Assembly (NCBI GenBank): GCA_048885535.1
Contig: JBHLLO010000018.1
Span: forward strand, 1-44,211
Direction of reading: 5' to 3'
Length of the DNA: 44,211 bases
From: Candidatus Hermodarchaeota archaeon
GTDB taxonomy: Archaea > Asgardarchaeota > Lokiarchaeia > Sigyniarchaeales > SOKP01
The notes beneath the pieces are model-generated. The model saw only the letters and a list, made by a program, of their open reading frames with translations, was not told where the DNA came from and made no database searches. Position numbers and translations under genes: made by a program. Of the stretch, positions 29,243 through 39,131 are shown piece after piece (the stretch's first letter is position 1; each line of letters opens with the position of its first letter).

Positions 29243-29773
29243 ATGTCTATTAAAGAAAGCAAAATTAAACATTTAATTAGAGAATACTTAATTGAAGAAG
29301 GATTGTTAAGACAAAATTTACCTGATAGTCAAGATAAACTTGAATTTGGATTTCGATTTGTATTTCCTCCTAGCCCAGTCGGTCAGAATATGATTGCTTT
29401 AAAACCAAAAGACAAAAATTTAATTGTAATATCAAATCCTATCCAAATTTCTCCAGAGCATGTGACAGCTTTAAATTCTCTGAAAGATAATAAGAAAATA
29501 CGCTTTTTTATGGATTTGAGAAAATTCTTTTTAATTAAAGATGTCTTCTTTAGAATTGATATTAAGAATTTTAGATATGAGATAAGCGATCAATTATTTT
29601 TTAATGAAAATGAATTAATTTCAAAGAATGATTTTTTCAGAAGTATACGTAAAGTATTTACGTGTGCAGCATATTCAAATATGATCTTAAATGATTATTG
29701 CTCTTTTAAAATGAAACCAGAAGACCTCCCTAAATCTAAAGATTTTAGCTCTGATTTTTCATTATATTCATAA
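29243..29773 (+). CDS. DUF2299-like protein
   Basis: IREYLIEEG N-terminus, HVTAL and FFMDL patterns. Confidence 0.55.
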   Translation: MSIKESKIKHLIREYLIEEGLLRQNLPDSQDKLEFGFRFVFPPSPVGQNMIALKPKDKNLIVISNPIQISPEHVTALNSLKDNKKIRFFMDLRKFFLIKDVFFRIDIKNFRYEISDQLFFNENELISKNDFFRSIRKVFTCAAYSNMILNDYCSFKMKPEDLPKSKDFSSDFSLYS

Positions 29774-29786
29774 CCGGTGAATAAAG

Positions 29787-30305
29787 ATTTTCAAAAAATG
29801 GTTACGTGCTTTAGGAAAACTTGATTATGTGCAAGGAAAAACAAGACCAAATGTAGAATGCATTCTATGTTCTGTAAGAGATAATCATGAAGATGTAGTA
29901 TCGTTAAAAATCTATCATGATAAAATCCTATTCATTTCTTTAAACCTTTATCCCTATAATCCAGGGCACCTTATGATCGTTCCTAATAAGCATATTACCA
30001 AATTTGTAGATCTAACTAAAGAAGAATTAATTCATATAATGAGAACAATACAAGGTGTACAAATGCTCTTGGATGAGATATACAATCCAAAAGGGTATAA
30101 TATTGGAATAAATCAAGGGAAAATTGCTGGAGGTAGTATAGAACATTTACATGTGCATGTTGTACCTCGATATTCTTCGGAATTGGGATATATTGATATC
30201 GTGGGAGAAACTAGAGTAGTTCCAGAGGGCTTAGACTCGGTAAAGGAAAAACTAGAACAAAATATTAAAAAATTTCTAAATCAAGAATTTTTTGAAAGTT
30301 ACTAA
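29787..30305 (+). CDS. HIT family hydrolase (diadenosine tetraphosphate hydrolase/phosphorylase-like)
   Basis: CILC, LNLYPYNPGHLM, GYNIGINQG..AGG, HLHVHVVPR; start extended to ATT at 29787 (GGTGA 6 nt upstream). Confidence 0.9.
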   Translation: MFKKWLRALGKLDYVQGKTRPNVECILCSVRDNHEDVVSLKIYHDKILFISLNLYPYNPGHLMIVPNKHITKFVDLTKEELIHIMRTIQGVQMLLDEIYNPKGYNIGINQGKIAGGSIEHLHVHVVPRYSSELGYIDIVGETRVVPEGLDSVKEKLEQNIKKFLNQEFFESY

Positions 30306-30353
30306 TGAAAATACAATAAAAAGAAAAAAAATAAATCAGTAAGAATAATTAAA

Positions 30354-30593
30354 TTACCGAGTAGCGTTCCTTACATCAGCTGCAGTTACTCTCTTTCGCT
30401 TGTCTTTTTTACAAATTTCTAAAGCTTTCTTAGTAGCTTCAGCTGCCTTTTTTTCTAGAAAACCAATTAATTTGTCTAAGGCTTCGGCAGCAACTAAATC
30501 AGCACCTTCTTTTTTCATCAACCTTCTAATAGGAGCTTTCGCTATATAGGTCTCGCCCTTCTTAGCTTTTGGTGCAGCTTTCTTTTTAGCCAT
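30354..30593 (-). CDS. Archaeal histone with Lys/Ala-rich N-terminal tail
   Basis: Histone fold APIRRLMK..GA..VA.EA...KRKRVTAADV; tail MAKKKAAPKAKKGE; GGAGG SD. Confidence 0.92.
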   Translation of the reverse strand: MAKKKAAPKAKKGETYIAKAPIRRLMKKEGADLVAAEALDKLIGFLEKKAAEATKKALEICKKDKRKRVTAADVRNATR

Positions 30594-31270
30594 AATTTTA
30601 TTCCTCCACTTACTTTTTTATTATATTCTTGTTTTTTTTTGATTGATAATTAATATTAACTACTCATTTCTCTTATATAAATGTTATGTTTCGAAACACT
30701 ACTTTAAGCCCATTTTTTCAATTGAATTTTTTAGATCTAAAAGGTGCTAAATATATTTAGACCGACAAAATAGCATTATTAAAATAAATTTTTAATTTTT
30801 ATTAAATAGGAAATAAAATTTTTCCGATTTCTCATATTTACTAGATATTAATTTCAACAAGATCCATTAAATCTATATTGCATCAAGTCATATAAGATAA
30901 AATTTTGAAGTTAATCAAAAAACTAAAAATTACAATATTCGAGTTTAGGGGACTTTTTTTTAATTACACCAATTAGATTATTTAGGATACACCTTTAAAT
31001 AAAATTATAAATGTTGAAATGATTAAAACAACCCCTATTTATTATATTTTTTAATTAAAGATTAATTTAATTGATTAATTCAAATAGAAGATTCTCGAAC
31101 TCTATTTAGAAAGAATTCAACCACTTAAAAGAAGAAAATTTAAGAATTAACATGTTCTAAGAATATTTGAAATAGTCTTGAATAATTCCATTTTTTCTAA
31201 ATATAAAAATTAAAATATAAAATTTAGAATAAGTTATACAAGAGAATAAAAAAGCAAAATGAGATAAAAT

Positions 31271-32125
31271 TTGACAACTAGTCAAAATCTTGAGAATCTT
31301 AGCGAATCTGAAATTGAAGATGCTTTACAGACACTTGGATTTACCAAAAATGATTCTAAAGTACTCATTACTCTTTCAAAATATAAGATACTTAGTCCGG
31401 CAGACATAGCCAAATTTTCTGGAGTAGATCGGGCAAGAGTTTATGATAGTCTTAATAGGTTAATAGAAAAAGGATTTATTCAAAAGGAACCTGTTAAACG
31501 CGGTGCAAATTATCAAATTATTCCTATTGAGAGTATATTTAAATCAATTCGAGAGGATTATAAAGAAAAAATTAATGACACAATGATTATTGAAAAAGCA
31601 ATAAGTGAATTGGAAATAGAGTCAGATGAATCAGAACCACGCGTCTGGGCAATAAGCTCAAGAGAAAAAATAAGAAAGAAGATTAAAGAACTCATTGAAG
31701 CTGCTGAAAATCGTATTTATTTTATAATAACTCCTGATCTATTAATGGAAGAATTAGGAGGCTATGAATGGATTTTAAAGATGCTATGGAATAAGAAGTT
31801 CTCTTCAAATATTCAAATTGTTATTGCCTTACAATATTTTGAGACTCTTAAAGAAGAGATTAAAAATTTATTGAAAATATCTATTACAATACATTCTATA
31901 GAAGGGGATAGTGTAATTCCATTTGGATTATTAATAGCAGATAATGATTTTCTCCTCACAACTTTAGATCAAGTAACTGAAGCTCCTGAATATACAACAG
32001 GGCTCTGGTTAGAAGATGGACTCCAAAAGCAAATTGTGGGTTATGAACACCTTTTTAAGCACTTTATTAGCTCAGAATGTAAAGAAATTAAATTAACAAC
32101 TAAAAAAGTAGCAACACCTCTATAA
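31271..32125 (+). CDS. TrmB family transcriptional regulator
   Basis: LQTLGFT...SGVDRARVYDSLNRLIEKGFI winged HTH; C-terminal effector-like domain. Confidence 0.85.
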   Translation: MTTSQNLENLSESEIEDALQTLGFTKNDSKVLITLSKYKILSPADIAKFSGVDRARVYDSLNRLIEKGFIQKEPVKRGANYQIIPIESIFKSIREDYKEKINDTMIIEKAISELEIESDESEPRVWAISSREKIRKKIKELIEAAENRIYFIITPDLLMEELGGYEWILKMLWNKKFSSNIQIVIALQYFETLKEEIKNLLKISITIHSIEGDSVIPFGLLIADNDFLLTTLDQVTEAPEYTTGLWLEDGLQKQIVGYEHLFKHFISSECKEIKLTTKKVATPL

Positions 32126-32214
32126 ATTTCAAAAAAGATATATAAGAAATAATTTTTAATTAATTACAGGATTTTAAGGGAAATAGCAATTAAAAAAAAT
32201 CTAGGGGATATAAT

Positions 32215-32772
32215 ATGAGTTATCGAGGAAAAGCATTAATGGTTGGATCTCCAAACGTAGGAAAAACAAGTCTTCTAGCTCGATATGTTGATAATAAATT
32301 CAGTGATGAATATCACCAAACTATAGGAGCGAATTTTCTGATTAAAGAAATTGATTTAGTTGATATTATTGATAAGGTGAGCATAACTAACATTGAATTG
32401 AGAAAAGATATTAAGAATAAAGGCTTTAAGTTATACTTTTGGGATGTTGGAGGACAACAAGACAAATTATTTGCTAATGAATACTATTTTGTTCAAGCGG
32501 TTGGAGCTATGGTTGTTTTCAGTTTAAGTTCTTATGAATCATTTAATGATCTCGATTTTTGGATATCTAAATTAAGAGAATTAAGTGGAGATGTGCCATT
32601 CATTTTAGTGGGTAACAAATCAGATTTAAAATGGGAAGTTGAGAGAGAAATGGTTGAGGATAAAGCTAAAAAGTTAAATGTTGAATATTTCGAGACTTCG
32701 GCGAAATTGAATAAAAACGTAGATTTAGCATTTGAAAGCCTCTCAATTCAAATTTTAAATAATTTAAGATAA
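32215..32772 (+). CDS. Rab/Ras-like small GTPase
   Basis: GSPNVGKT, TIG, WDVGGQ, GNKSD, ETSAK. Confidence 0.92.
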   Translation: MSYRGKALMVGSPNVGKTSLLARYVDNKFSDEYHQTIGANFLIKEIDLVDIIDKVSITNIELRKDIKNKGFKLYFWDVGGQQDKLFANEYYFVQAVGAMVVFSLSSYESFNDLDFWISKLRELSGDVPFILVGNKSDLKWEVEREMVEDKAKKLNVEYFETSAKLNKNVDLAFESLSIQILNNLR

Positions 32773-32844
32773 TATCTCATAATCGAATTTATAAACTAAT
32801 TTTAATTTAGCGTAATATTGAAATTTAAATAGGTCGAGTTCATA

Positions 32845-33576
32845 ATGAGTTTCTTATTAATTCCAATAGCACCATTATCAAGGACGAAATCTCGACTTCG
32901 TGATTGCTTTTCAAAGCAACAACTTAAAGAATTAACTATTGCCATGTTTAAAGATTTAGCTTTTAAACTAGAAAAAGTAGATTGTTTTAAAGATATAATT
33001 ATTTATTGCAACAGTTCTGAAATATTAAATTTAGCATCAGAATACGGTTTAATTTCTATTAAAGAAAATCTTACTAAACCCAGAAAATCATTTGATGATG
33101 TTATTAATGATTTAAATAAAATTGCTATTGAAAAATATAATGCAAAACGGACAATTTTCACATTCTTAGATATAATATTAATTTCTGTTAAAAACTTTTA
33201 TGAAATCGAAGCAATTGTTAAAGAAAATCAGTTAGTCGTGTGTCCTGCGATCCATTCAGCAGGTATATCTGTATTAGGTAGAAATCCTCCAGATATTATC
33301 CCTACCTACTTCTCGAAACCAGACTTTCCCTCTTTAGTAGCATTGTTAAATAAAGCTCATGAAAAAAAGTTAAAACTAGCTATATATGATTCATTTAGAG
33401 CAGGTTTTGATATAGACATAAAGCAAGATCTAGCGCTTGCTTTAGAATATTTAAAGGTCTTTAATTTAACGAATACCGAAACCTATAAATTTTTAAAACA
33501 GAATTTAAATTTCATTATAAGGAAGAGAAATATAAGAAATAACAGAGATTTTGAATTAAAGAAACTACAAATATGA
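32845..33576 (+). CDS. cofC: CofC-like guanylyltransferase (coenzyme F420 biosynthesis family)
   Basis: LIPIAPLSRTKSRL, AMFKD and FDIDIKQDL motifs; divergent. Confidence 0.65.
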   Translation: MSFLLIPIAPLSRTKSRLRDCFSKQQLKELTIAMFKDLAFKLEKVDCFKDIIIYCNSSEILNLASEYGLISIKENLTKPRKSFDDVINDLNKIAIEKYNAKRTIFTFLDIILISVKNFYEIEAIVKENQLVVCPAIHSAGISVLGRNPPDIIPTYFSKPDFPSLVALLNKAHEKKLKLAIYDSFRAGFDIDIKQDLALALEYLKVFNLTNTETYKFLKQNLNFIIRKRNIRNNRDFELKKLQI

Positions 33577-33580
33577 ATTA

Positions 33581-34819
33581 TTAAAAAGAGAACGTTATAT
33601 TTAATTTTACTTCTTCCTTTATCACGTCTTCAATTAACTTCTGGAAGTCTTCTCTTTCACTCTTTAATGCTCCTAAATATCTTATATAATCTTTATTTTT
33701 TCTATCTAAATCGCTTGTTATATGCTCTAATTTCATGGTATTTGTGGAGATTTTATTCTTAATTTCTTCTAATTTTTCAGATAATCCTGCATCGTTTATT
33801 TTACTCTCTATGTCTTTTATCTCCACTCTTAATTCATTCAACTTCTCAATGTCTTCATGAATTTTCTTTTCTTCAAAAATTATATTAATTTGTTCAACTG
33901 TTTTTTCCTTTGTATCGGTTTTTAAATTTAATCTGTTTTCTTCTAAGGTATAACGTAATTGAACTAATAAATTAGTAAAATTTGGTAAGTCTTTTCTTTC
34001 TTTGCTTAACACTTTTATTGGATCTTTAAGAAAGTTCTTCAAAAACTCTATATCTAAATTTGATATATGGATTGCTTCACTTTCTAATTCATGTTTTAAC
34101 TTCTTAAGGGCTTTTTTAAAACCTAATTGATCATTTATCTTCATTCTTAATTTGAATCGTTCATCCCTTTTTATATCTAAATCTTTAAATAATTCATTTT
34201 TTTCTAGCTCCATTAATTGTTCATTCAATTCTGTTGCTAAATTTTCTTCAGATTCCAGATCCTTCTCAAATTGATCTAGATCTAATTTTGCATGCTCAAT
34301 GTTCTCCCTTAAGCTAAATAACTTTGGTAATTTTTTCAGTAGGTATTCCGCTTCTTTAAGATCATCATATTTTTTTCTAAGAAATTGATCTAGTACCGCT
34401 TGTTTCTTTTGGAGTTTACGTGTTATATAATTGAGTTCTTTTATTTCAGGTTGAACCTCTTTTTGAAACTTTGGCAATGATTTTCTTGCAATTTCATTTA
34501 TGTTATTAAATAACTTCTTAATTGAATTTAGTAGATTAAGTATATTATCATAATTTAACTCCTCTTCTGGAATTTCTATTTCATCAATTTCTTTTTTAAT
34601 ACGGTCTGAGAAAAAATGTAACGATTTCAATGCTTTTTCTTCTATTTTCCCCTTCCCTGCTTCTATGAAATGATCCATGCAGACTTTAATTTCTATTAAA
34701 TTTTCTCTAACTTCAGATATAAGTTTTTGAACAGCCTTTCTAACTTTTGCAAATTGAGAATTTATTCTATCTTTATAAAAACTTTCAAATTCTTCTAATT
34801 CTACTTCTTTCATTTTCAA
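33581..34819 (-). CDS. Long coiled-coil hypothetical protein
   Basis: 412 aa, E/K/L-rich heptads, no P-loop; 2 nt downstream of serS. Confidence 0.7.
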   Translation of the reverse strand: MKMKEVELEEFESFYKDRINSQFAKVRKAVQKLISEVRENLIEIKVCMDHFIEAGKGKIEEKALKSLHFFSDRIKKEIDEIEIPEEELNYDNILNLLNSIKKLFNNINEIARKSLPKFQKEVQPEIKELNYITRKLQKKQAVLDQFLRKKYDDLKEAEYLLKKLPKLFSLRENIEHAKLDLDQFEKDLESEENLATELNEQLMELEKNELFKDLDIKRDERFKLRMKINDQLGFKKALKKLKHELESEAIHISNLDIEFLKNFLKDPIKVLSKERKDLPNFTNLLVQLRYTLEENRLNLKTDTKEKTVEQINIIFEEKKIHEDIEKLNELRVEIKDIESKINDAGLSEKLEEIKNKISTNTMKLEHITSDLDRKNKDYIRYLGALKSEREDFQKLIEDVIKEEVKLNITFSF

Positions 34820-34821
34820 AT

Positions 34822-36114
34822 CTAATTTTTTATCGATTCAATTAATTTTTTACCATTCATATACTTCTGTAAAACTTTGGGAACTCTAATGGAATAATCT
34901 TCGTTTTGATTATTTTCCAATAAGCTACATATTGTGCGTTCGGTTGCAATTGCGGTTGAATTTAATGTATGCACTATTTCTTTCTCTTTTTGAGCTCCTA
35001 CTTTTCCCATTCTAATTTTTAGTTTTCTTGCTTGATAATCCAAACAATTACTACATGAAACTAGTTCTCTATAAATCTTTGAGCCTGGAAACCACGCCTC
35101 AAGGTCATATTTTTTAGCAGCATTATCATTTAGCACTCCTGAAGCTATGTTTACAATTCTATAAGGAATTTCTAATTCCTTAAATATTTCTTCAGAATTA
35201 AAAATTAATTCTTCAAAAAGATCCCATGATTCTTCTGGTTTGCAGAAAATGAATTGTTCAATTTTTTCAAATTGGTGAACACGAAATATTCCCAAGGTAT
35301 CTTTGCCGTGCGACCCTGCTTCCCGTCTAAAACATGAAGATATTCCAGCATATTTGAGTGGTAATCTTTGAGGGTTGATAATTTCATCATAGTGAAAAGC
35401 TGCTAATGTTTGTTCAGAAGTAGCGATCATATAAAGATCCTCATCTTGGATTTTATAGAGCTGTTCTTCAAAATCTGCTAATTCGGCTGCAGCTTTAATG
35501 ACTTCATGTTTTATAAAGAATGGTGTCCATAAGGGGCTATAACCTTTAGAAATTAGCTTATCCAGAGCATAATTCAATAAAGCAAGATTTAAAGATACAA
35601 TATCACCTTTTAAATAATAAAATCTTGATCCCGCAATTTTTGAAGCCTTAACAGTGTCAACACCGTCGATTTTCTCGATTAAATCAACATGGGATAAAGG
35701 TTTAAAACTAAATTGAGGTAATTTCCCAATAGTTCGTACGATTTCATTATCCTCTTCAGTTCTCCCTATTGGAACACTATCATGTAATAAATTTCCAACA
35801 ATATAACGATAATTATCTCGCTCTTCCTTAACTCTTTTAACTTCTCTCTCCAAATCGTCTATTTGATTTTTTAACTGCTTAACTTCAATTTGTAGTTTAT
35901 TTGCTTCTGAAGGCTTTCCTTCCTTTTTTAATTTTCCTATTTTAGGAGATAACTCATTTCTTTTTTGCTGTAATTTTTGTAGCTCAGTTTTTTTGTTCCG
36001 CCATAATTCATCTAATTCTACTACTTTTTCAGCATTAATTGGATCTTTAAATCGTGCTTTCTCAGATTTAATAATTTCTTGTAAGTTTGTCCGGAACAAT
36101 TCAAGATCAAGCAA
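34822..36114 (-). CDS. serS: Seryl-tRNA synthetase (type 1)
   Basis: N-terminal coiled arm, ATSEQ, FRREAG, FRVHQFEKIEQF, ELVSCSNC.DYQAR, HTLNST, ER. Confidence 0.97.
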   Translation of the reverse strand: MLDLELFRTNLQEIIKSEKARFKDPINAEKVVELDELWRNKKTELQKLQQKRNELSPKIGKLKKEGKPSEANKLQIEVKQLKNQIDDLEREVKRVKEERDNYRYIVGNLLHDSVPIGRTEEDNEIVRTIGKLPQFSFKPLSHVDLIEKIDGVDTVKASKIAGSRFYYLKGDIVSLNLALLNYALDKLISKGYSPLWTPFFIKHEVIKAAAELADFEEQLYKIQDEDLYMIATSEQTLAAFHYDEIINPQRLPLKYAGISSCFRREAGSHGKDTLGIFRVHQFEKIEQFIFCKPEESWDLFEELIFNSEEIFKELEIPYRIVNIASGVLNDNAAKKYDLEAWFPGSKIYRELVSCSNCLDYQARKLKIRMGKVGAQKEKEIVHTLNSTAIATERTICSLLENNQNEDYSIRVPKVLQKYMNGKKLIESIKN

Positions 36115-36220
36115 AAATTATAACACCAAATTCCCAATAATCTTACTCTTAATATTTTTATTTTAATTATGATTAAAATTTTTTGAATTTCTAGTTAATC
36201 TGCATGAATAATAAATAAAA

Positions 36221-36406
36221 TCACTGATCAGTAATTCTATCCTTAATGGTTGACTTTAAAAGCGCTGTTTTAATCTTCTTTTTATCATAGCCAACGATAT
36301 CAATTATTCTCATAATTTTTATTCTTGTAGCTTTGCCTTTTATTCCCTCTTCTGTCATGAATTCTTTAGCAAACTCTTCCTTTGAATTCTCCATTTGCTC
36401 TGGCAT
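36221..36406 (-). CDS. Small hypothetical protein
   Basis: 61-aa ORF with ATG, protein-like composition, fills an intergenic gap. Confidence 0.55.
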   Translation of the reverse strand: MPEQMENSKEEFAKEFMTEEGIKGKATRIKIMRIIDIVGYDKKKIKTALLKSTIKDRITDQ

Positions 36407-36595
36407 ATCTAAATTAAATTTAAAGTTCTATAAAAAGGTTTAATAAGATTAAAATAAATCAATCTAATTAAGCTTGATAAGCATTAGGTTTTTATCAGAA
36501 AAATTATATTAACTCTAATATTTTTAAAGACTGTGAATAATTCATTAAATTACAAAAAGTATAGTTTTGGGTGGTATTAAAAAAGGGTGAATTTC

Positions 36596-38596
36596 TTGTC
36601 TGAAAAACAGACCATTGACGAAATTAGAATTGGAGTTTATATTTGTAGATGAGGAGTTAATATTGGAGCGTACGTAGACTGCGATAAGGTAAGAGATTTT
36701 GTAATGCAGCTACCAAATGTAATTATTGTTAGACTGAATAATTTTACATGTAGTGATCCAGGTCAACAAATAATAAAGAATGATATCTTAGAGTTAAACT
36801 TAAATCGAATAGTAGTTGGTGCTTGTACTCCCAAAATTCATGAACCAACATATAGAGCAGTCTTAGCAGAGGCAGGATTAAACCCCTATTACTTTGAAAT
36901 GGTAAATCTAAGAGAGCATTGTTCATTTGTACATCAAGAAGATAAAGAAGAAGCAACTCTTAAGGCCAATAGACTAATGCTTGCTGGTATAAATAGAGCA
37001 AGACAACTGGAAGTGGTTCCTAAGAGAGAAATTAAAATTACAAAAGCAGCTTTAATAATAGGTGCTGGTATAGCTGGAATGAATGCAGCACTTGACTTAG
37101 CAAATCAAGGAATACAGGTATATCTAGTCGAAAAAGAGCCAACAATTGGAGGAAAAATGGCCCAACTTGATCGTATATTCCCAACAGATGATTGTGGTAT
37201 TTGAGTATTGGCCCCAATTATGGTAGATGCGTCAAAGCATCCTAATATAAATCTTTTAACTTATGCAGATATCATTGAATTTGAGGGTATAACAGGTAAT
37301 TATAAAGCAAAAATTAGAAAAAACCCAAGATATGTCAATGAATCTAAATGTACTGGATGTGGGCTTTGTACGATAAAATGTCCCATAAAAGCACCCAATG
37401 AATTTAATCGATATATTGGTGAAAGAGGGGCAATTTATATACCGTTCCCTCAAGCAGTTCCCAAGTATGCAGTGATTGACAGGGAAGTATGTATTGACTG
37501 TAAAAATTGTCAAAGAGAATGTCCTGCTGAAGCAATTGATTTTGAACAAGAACCAGAAATTATCGAGCTTGATATTGGGGCTGTAATATTAGCTACAGGA
37601 TGGGATGAGTATCCTATAATGGAAACTAACGACTATAAATATGGTATCTTACCAGATATCATCACTCAAATAGAATTAGAACGAATGCTAAGCCCTATAG
37701 GACCCACTGAAGGTCATGTATATAGAATATCTGATGGAAAAATCCCTCGTAATATTGCCATGATCCAATGTGTCGGCTCAAGAAGTTTAAGAGGTAATCA
37801 ATATTGTTCAGCAGTTTGTTGCAATGTAGCACTGAAGAACGCTCAGCTTTTAAAGCAAGAATACCCCAAATCACAAATTACCATCTTTTTCATAGATATT
37901 CGTACGACAGATAAAGGAAATGAAGAATATTTTAGGAAAATAAGGGAGCAGAATATTAATTTTATAAAAGGTAAACCAGGAGCTATAAAATTAAATTCCG
38001 ATAGTACTATAAGATTGCATTATGACAATTCTTTATTAAATGACGTAGGTTTTATGGATTTTGATTTAATTGTATTATCTACTGGTATGGTACCTTCAAA
38101 AGGAACAGAAGAAATCATTAATGTAATGGGTTTAAGTAAAGGTCTTAATGGATTTCTTACTGAAATTCATGGATGCCTAAAACCTCAAGAAACCAAAGAT
38201 ACTGGAATATACATCTGTGGATGTGCCTCAGGACCAAAAAATATTCCATATTCAGTTTCTACAGCTCTTGCGGCTGCAAGTAAGGCTGCAACTTTACTTT
38301 CACATGATACCATTAGTCAAGAATTAATCATTGCAGAGGTTAATGAAGATTTATGTATGGGTTGTTATAGGTGCGAAAAACTCTGCGAATTTGAAGCTAT
38401 CAAGGTAAATGAGTCTAATATTGCTGTTGTAGACGAATTGAAATGTAAAGGTTGTGGCGTATGTGTTTCATCTTGCCCTGCCAGAGCTTTAGATCTCAAA
38501 TATTATAGAGATAAGCAATTTGAAGAGAAAATAAAGGGGATAGGTATTAGTAGAATCAAAATTTCAACCACAGCTCCAACTACTGCGGAAAATTAA
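36596..38596 (+). CDS. hdrA: Heterodisulfide reductase subunit A, selenoprotein (Sec at codons 19 and 203), 666 aa
   Basis: One frame from TTG 36596 (GGGTGA SD) with TGA at 36650 (RIGVYICR-U-GVNIG) and TGA at 37202 (FPTDDCGI-U-VLAP), both at conserved Cys positions; GAGIAG FAD motif, ferredoxin motifs, QCVGSR, CSAVCC. Confidence 0.93.
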
Positions 38597-38614
38597 ATGT
38601 AAAGGTGATTTATT

Positions 38615-39043
38615 ATAACAGAAAGCAAACAAGAAAGAAGAATTATCACATTTGGATGTGAAAAATGAGGATATTCTGTAGCAGATCTAACAGGGACTAC
38701 TAGGAAAAATTATTCCACTTCTTTTCACATGATCAGAGTTAGATGTACTGGAAGAATTGGAATTCATTTAATTATGGAATGCTTTTTAAATGGAGCAGAT
38801 GGAGTCGCAATTATATCATGAAAAGAAGGAGAATGTGAATTTGGAAAAGGAAACATTAATACCTATGAGCACGTGAAAGTATTAAAACGACTATTTAAAC
38901 ACGTCGGAATTTCAGAAAATAGAATCGAACAATATTTTTGTTCAGCAGCAGAGGTAGAAAATTTCCTTCATGCGGTAAAAGATATAACAAGTAAAGTTAA
39001 TGAACTTCCTCCTCTACCTAAAAATAAATCCGAAATAGGATGA
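38615..39043 (+). CDS. mvhD: MvhD/VhuD hydrogenase [2Fe-2S] subunit, selenoprotein (Sec at codons 18 and 69), 142 aa; absent from the ORF track
   Basis: ITFGCEK-U(38666)-GYSVADLTG, IRVRCTGRI, NGADGVAIIS-U(38819)-KEGECEFGKGN, CSAAE; AGGTGA SD then ATA start (ATT at 38612 is the alternative). Confidence 0.92.
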
Positions 39044-39072
39044 TCTTTCCAAAAAAATATTAGTTGGGAAGA
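39040..39072 (+). promoter_or_regulatory. Candidate SECIS-like hairpin downstream of mvhD
   Basis: ATGA followed by a 9-bp stem TCTTTCCAA/TTGGGAAGA with an A-rich loop; the register of the 3' GA is non-canonical. Confidence 0.3.
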
Positions 39073-39131
39073 AACTAACTCAAAGCATGAGCTTTCGGAA
39101 TTAATTACTAAAAAAGAAAAGCATCATAAAA

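Noticed and set aside
33581-34819. SMC/Rad50 ATPase
   Set aside because: Coiled-coil only; no Walker A/B or signature motif.
36650-38821. Genome-wide UGA reassignment (code 4/25) or pseudogenes
   Set aside because: In-frame UGAs occur only at conserved Cys positions of redox proteins, while ordinary genes (ending at 9617, 10903, 17056, 33576, 36221) stop at UGA.
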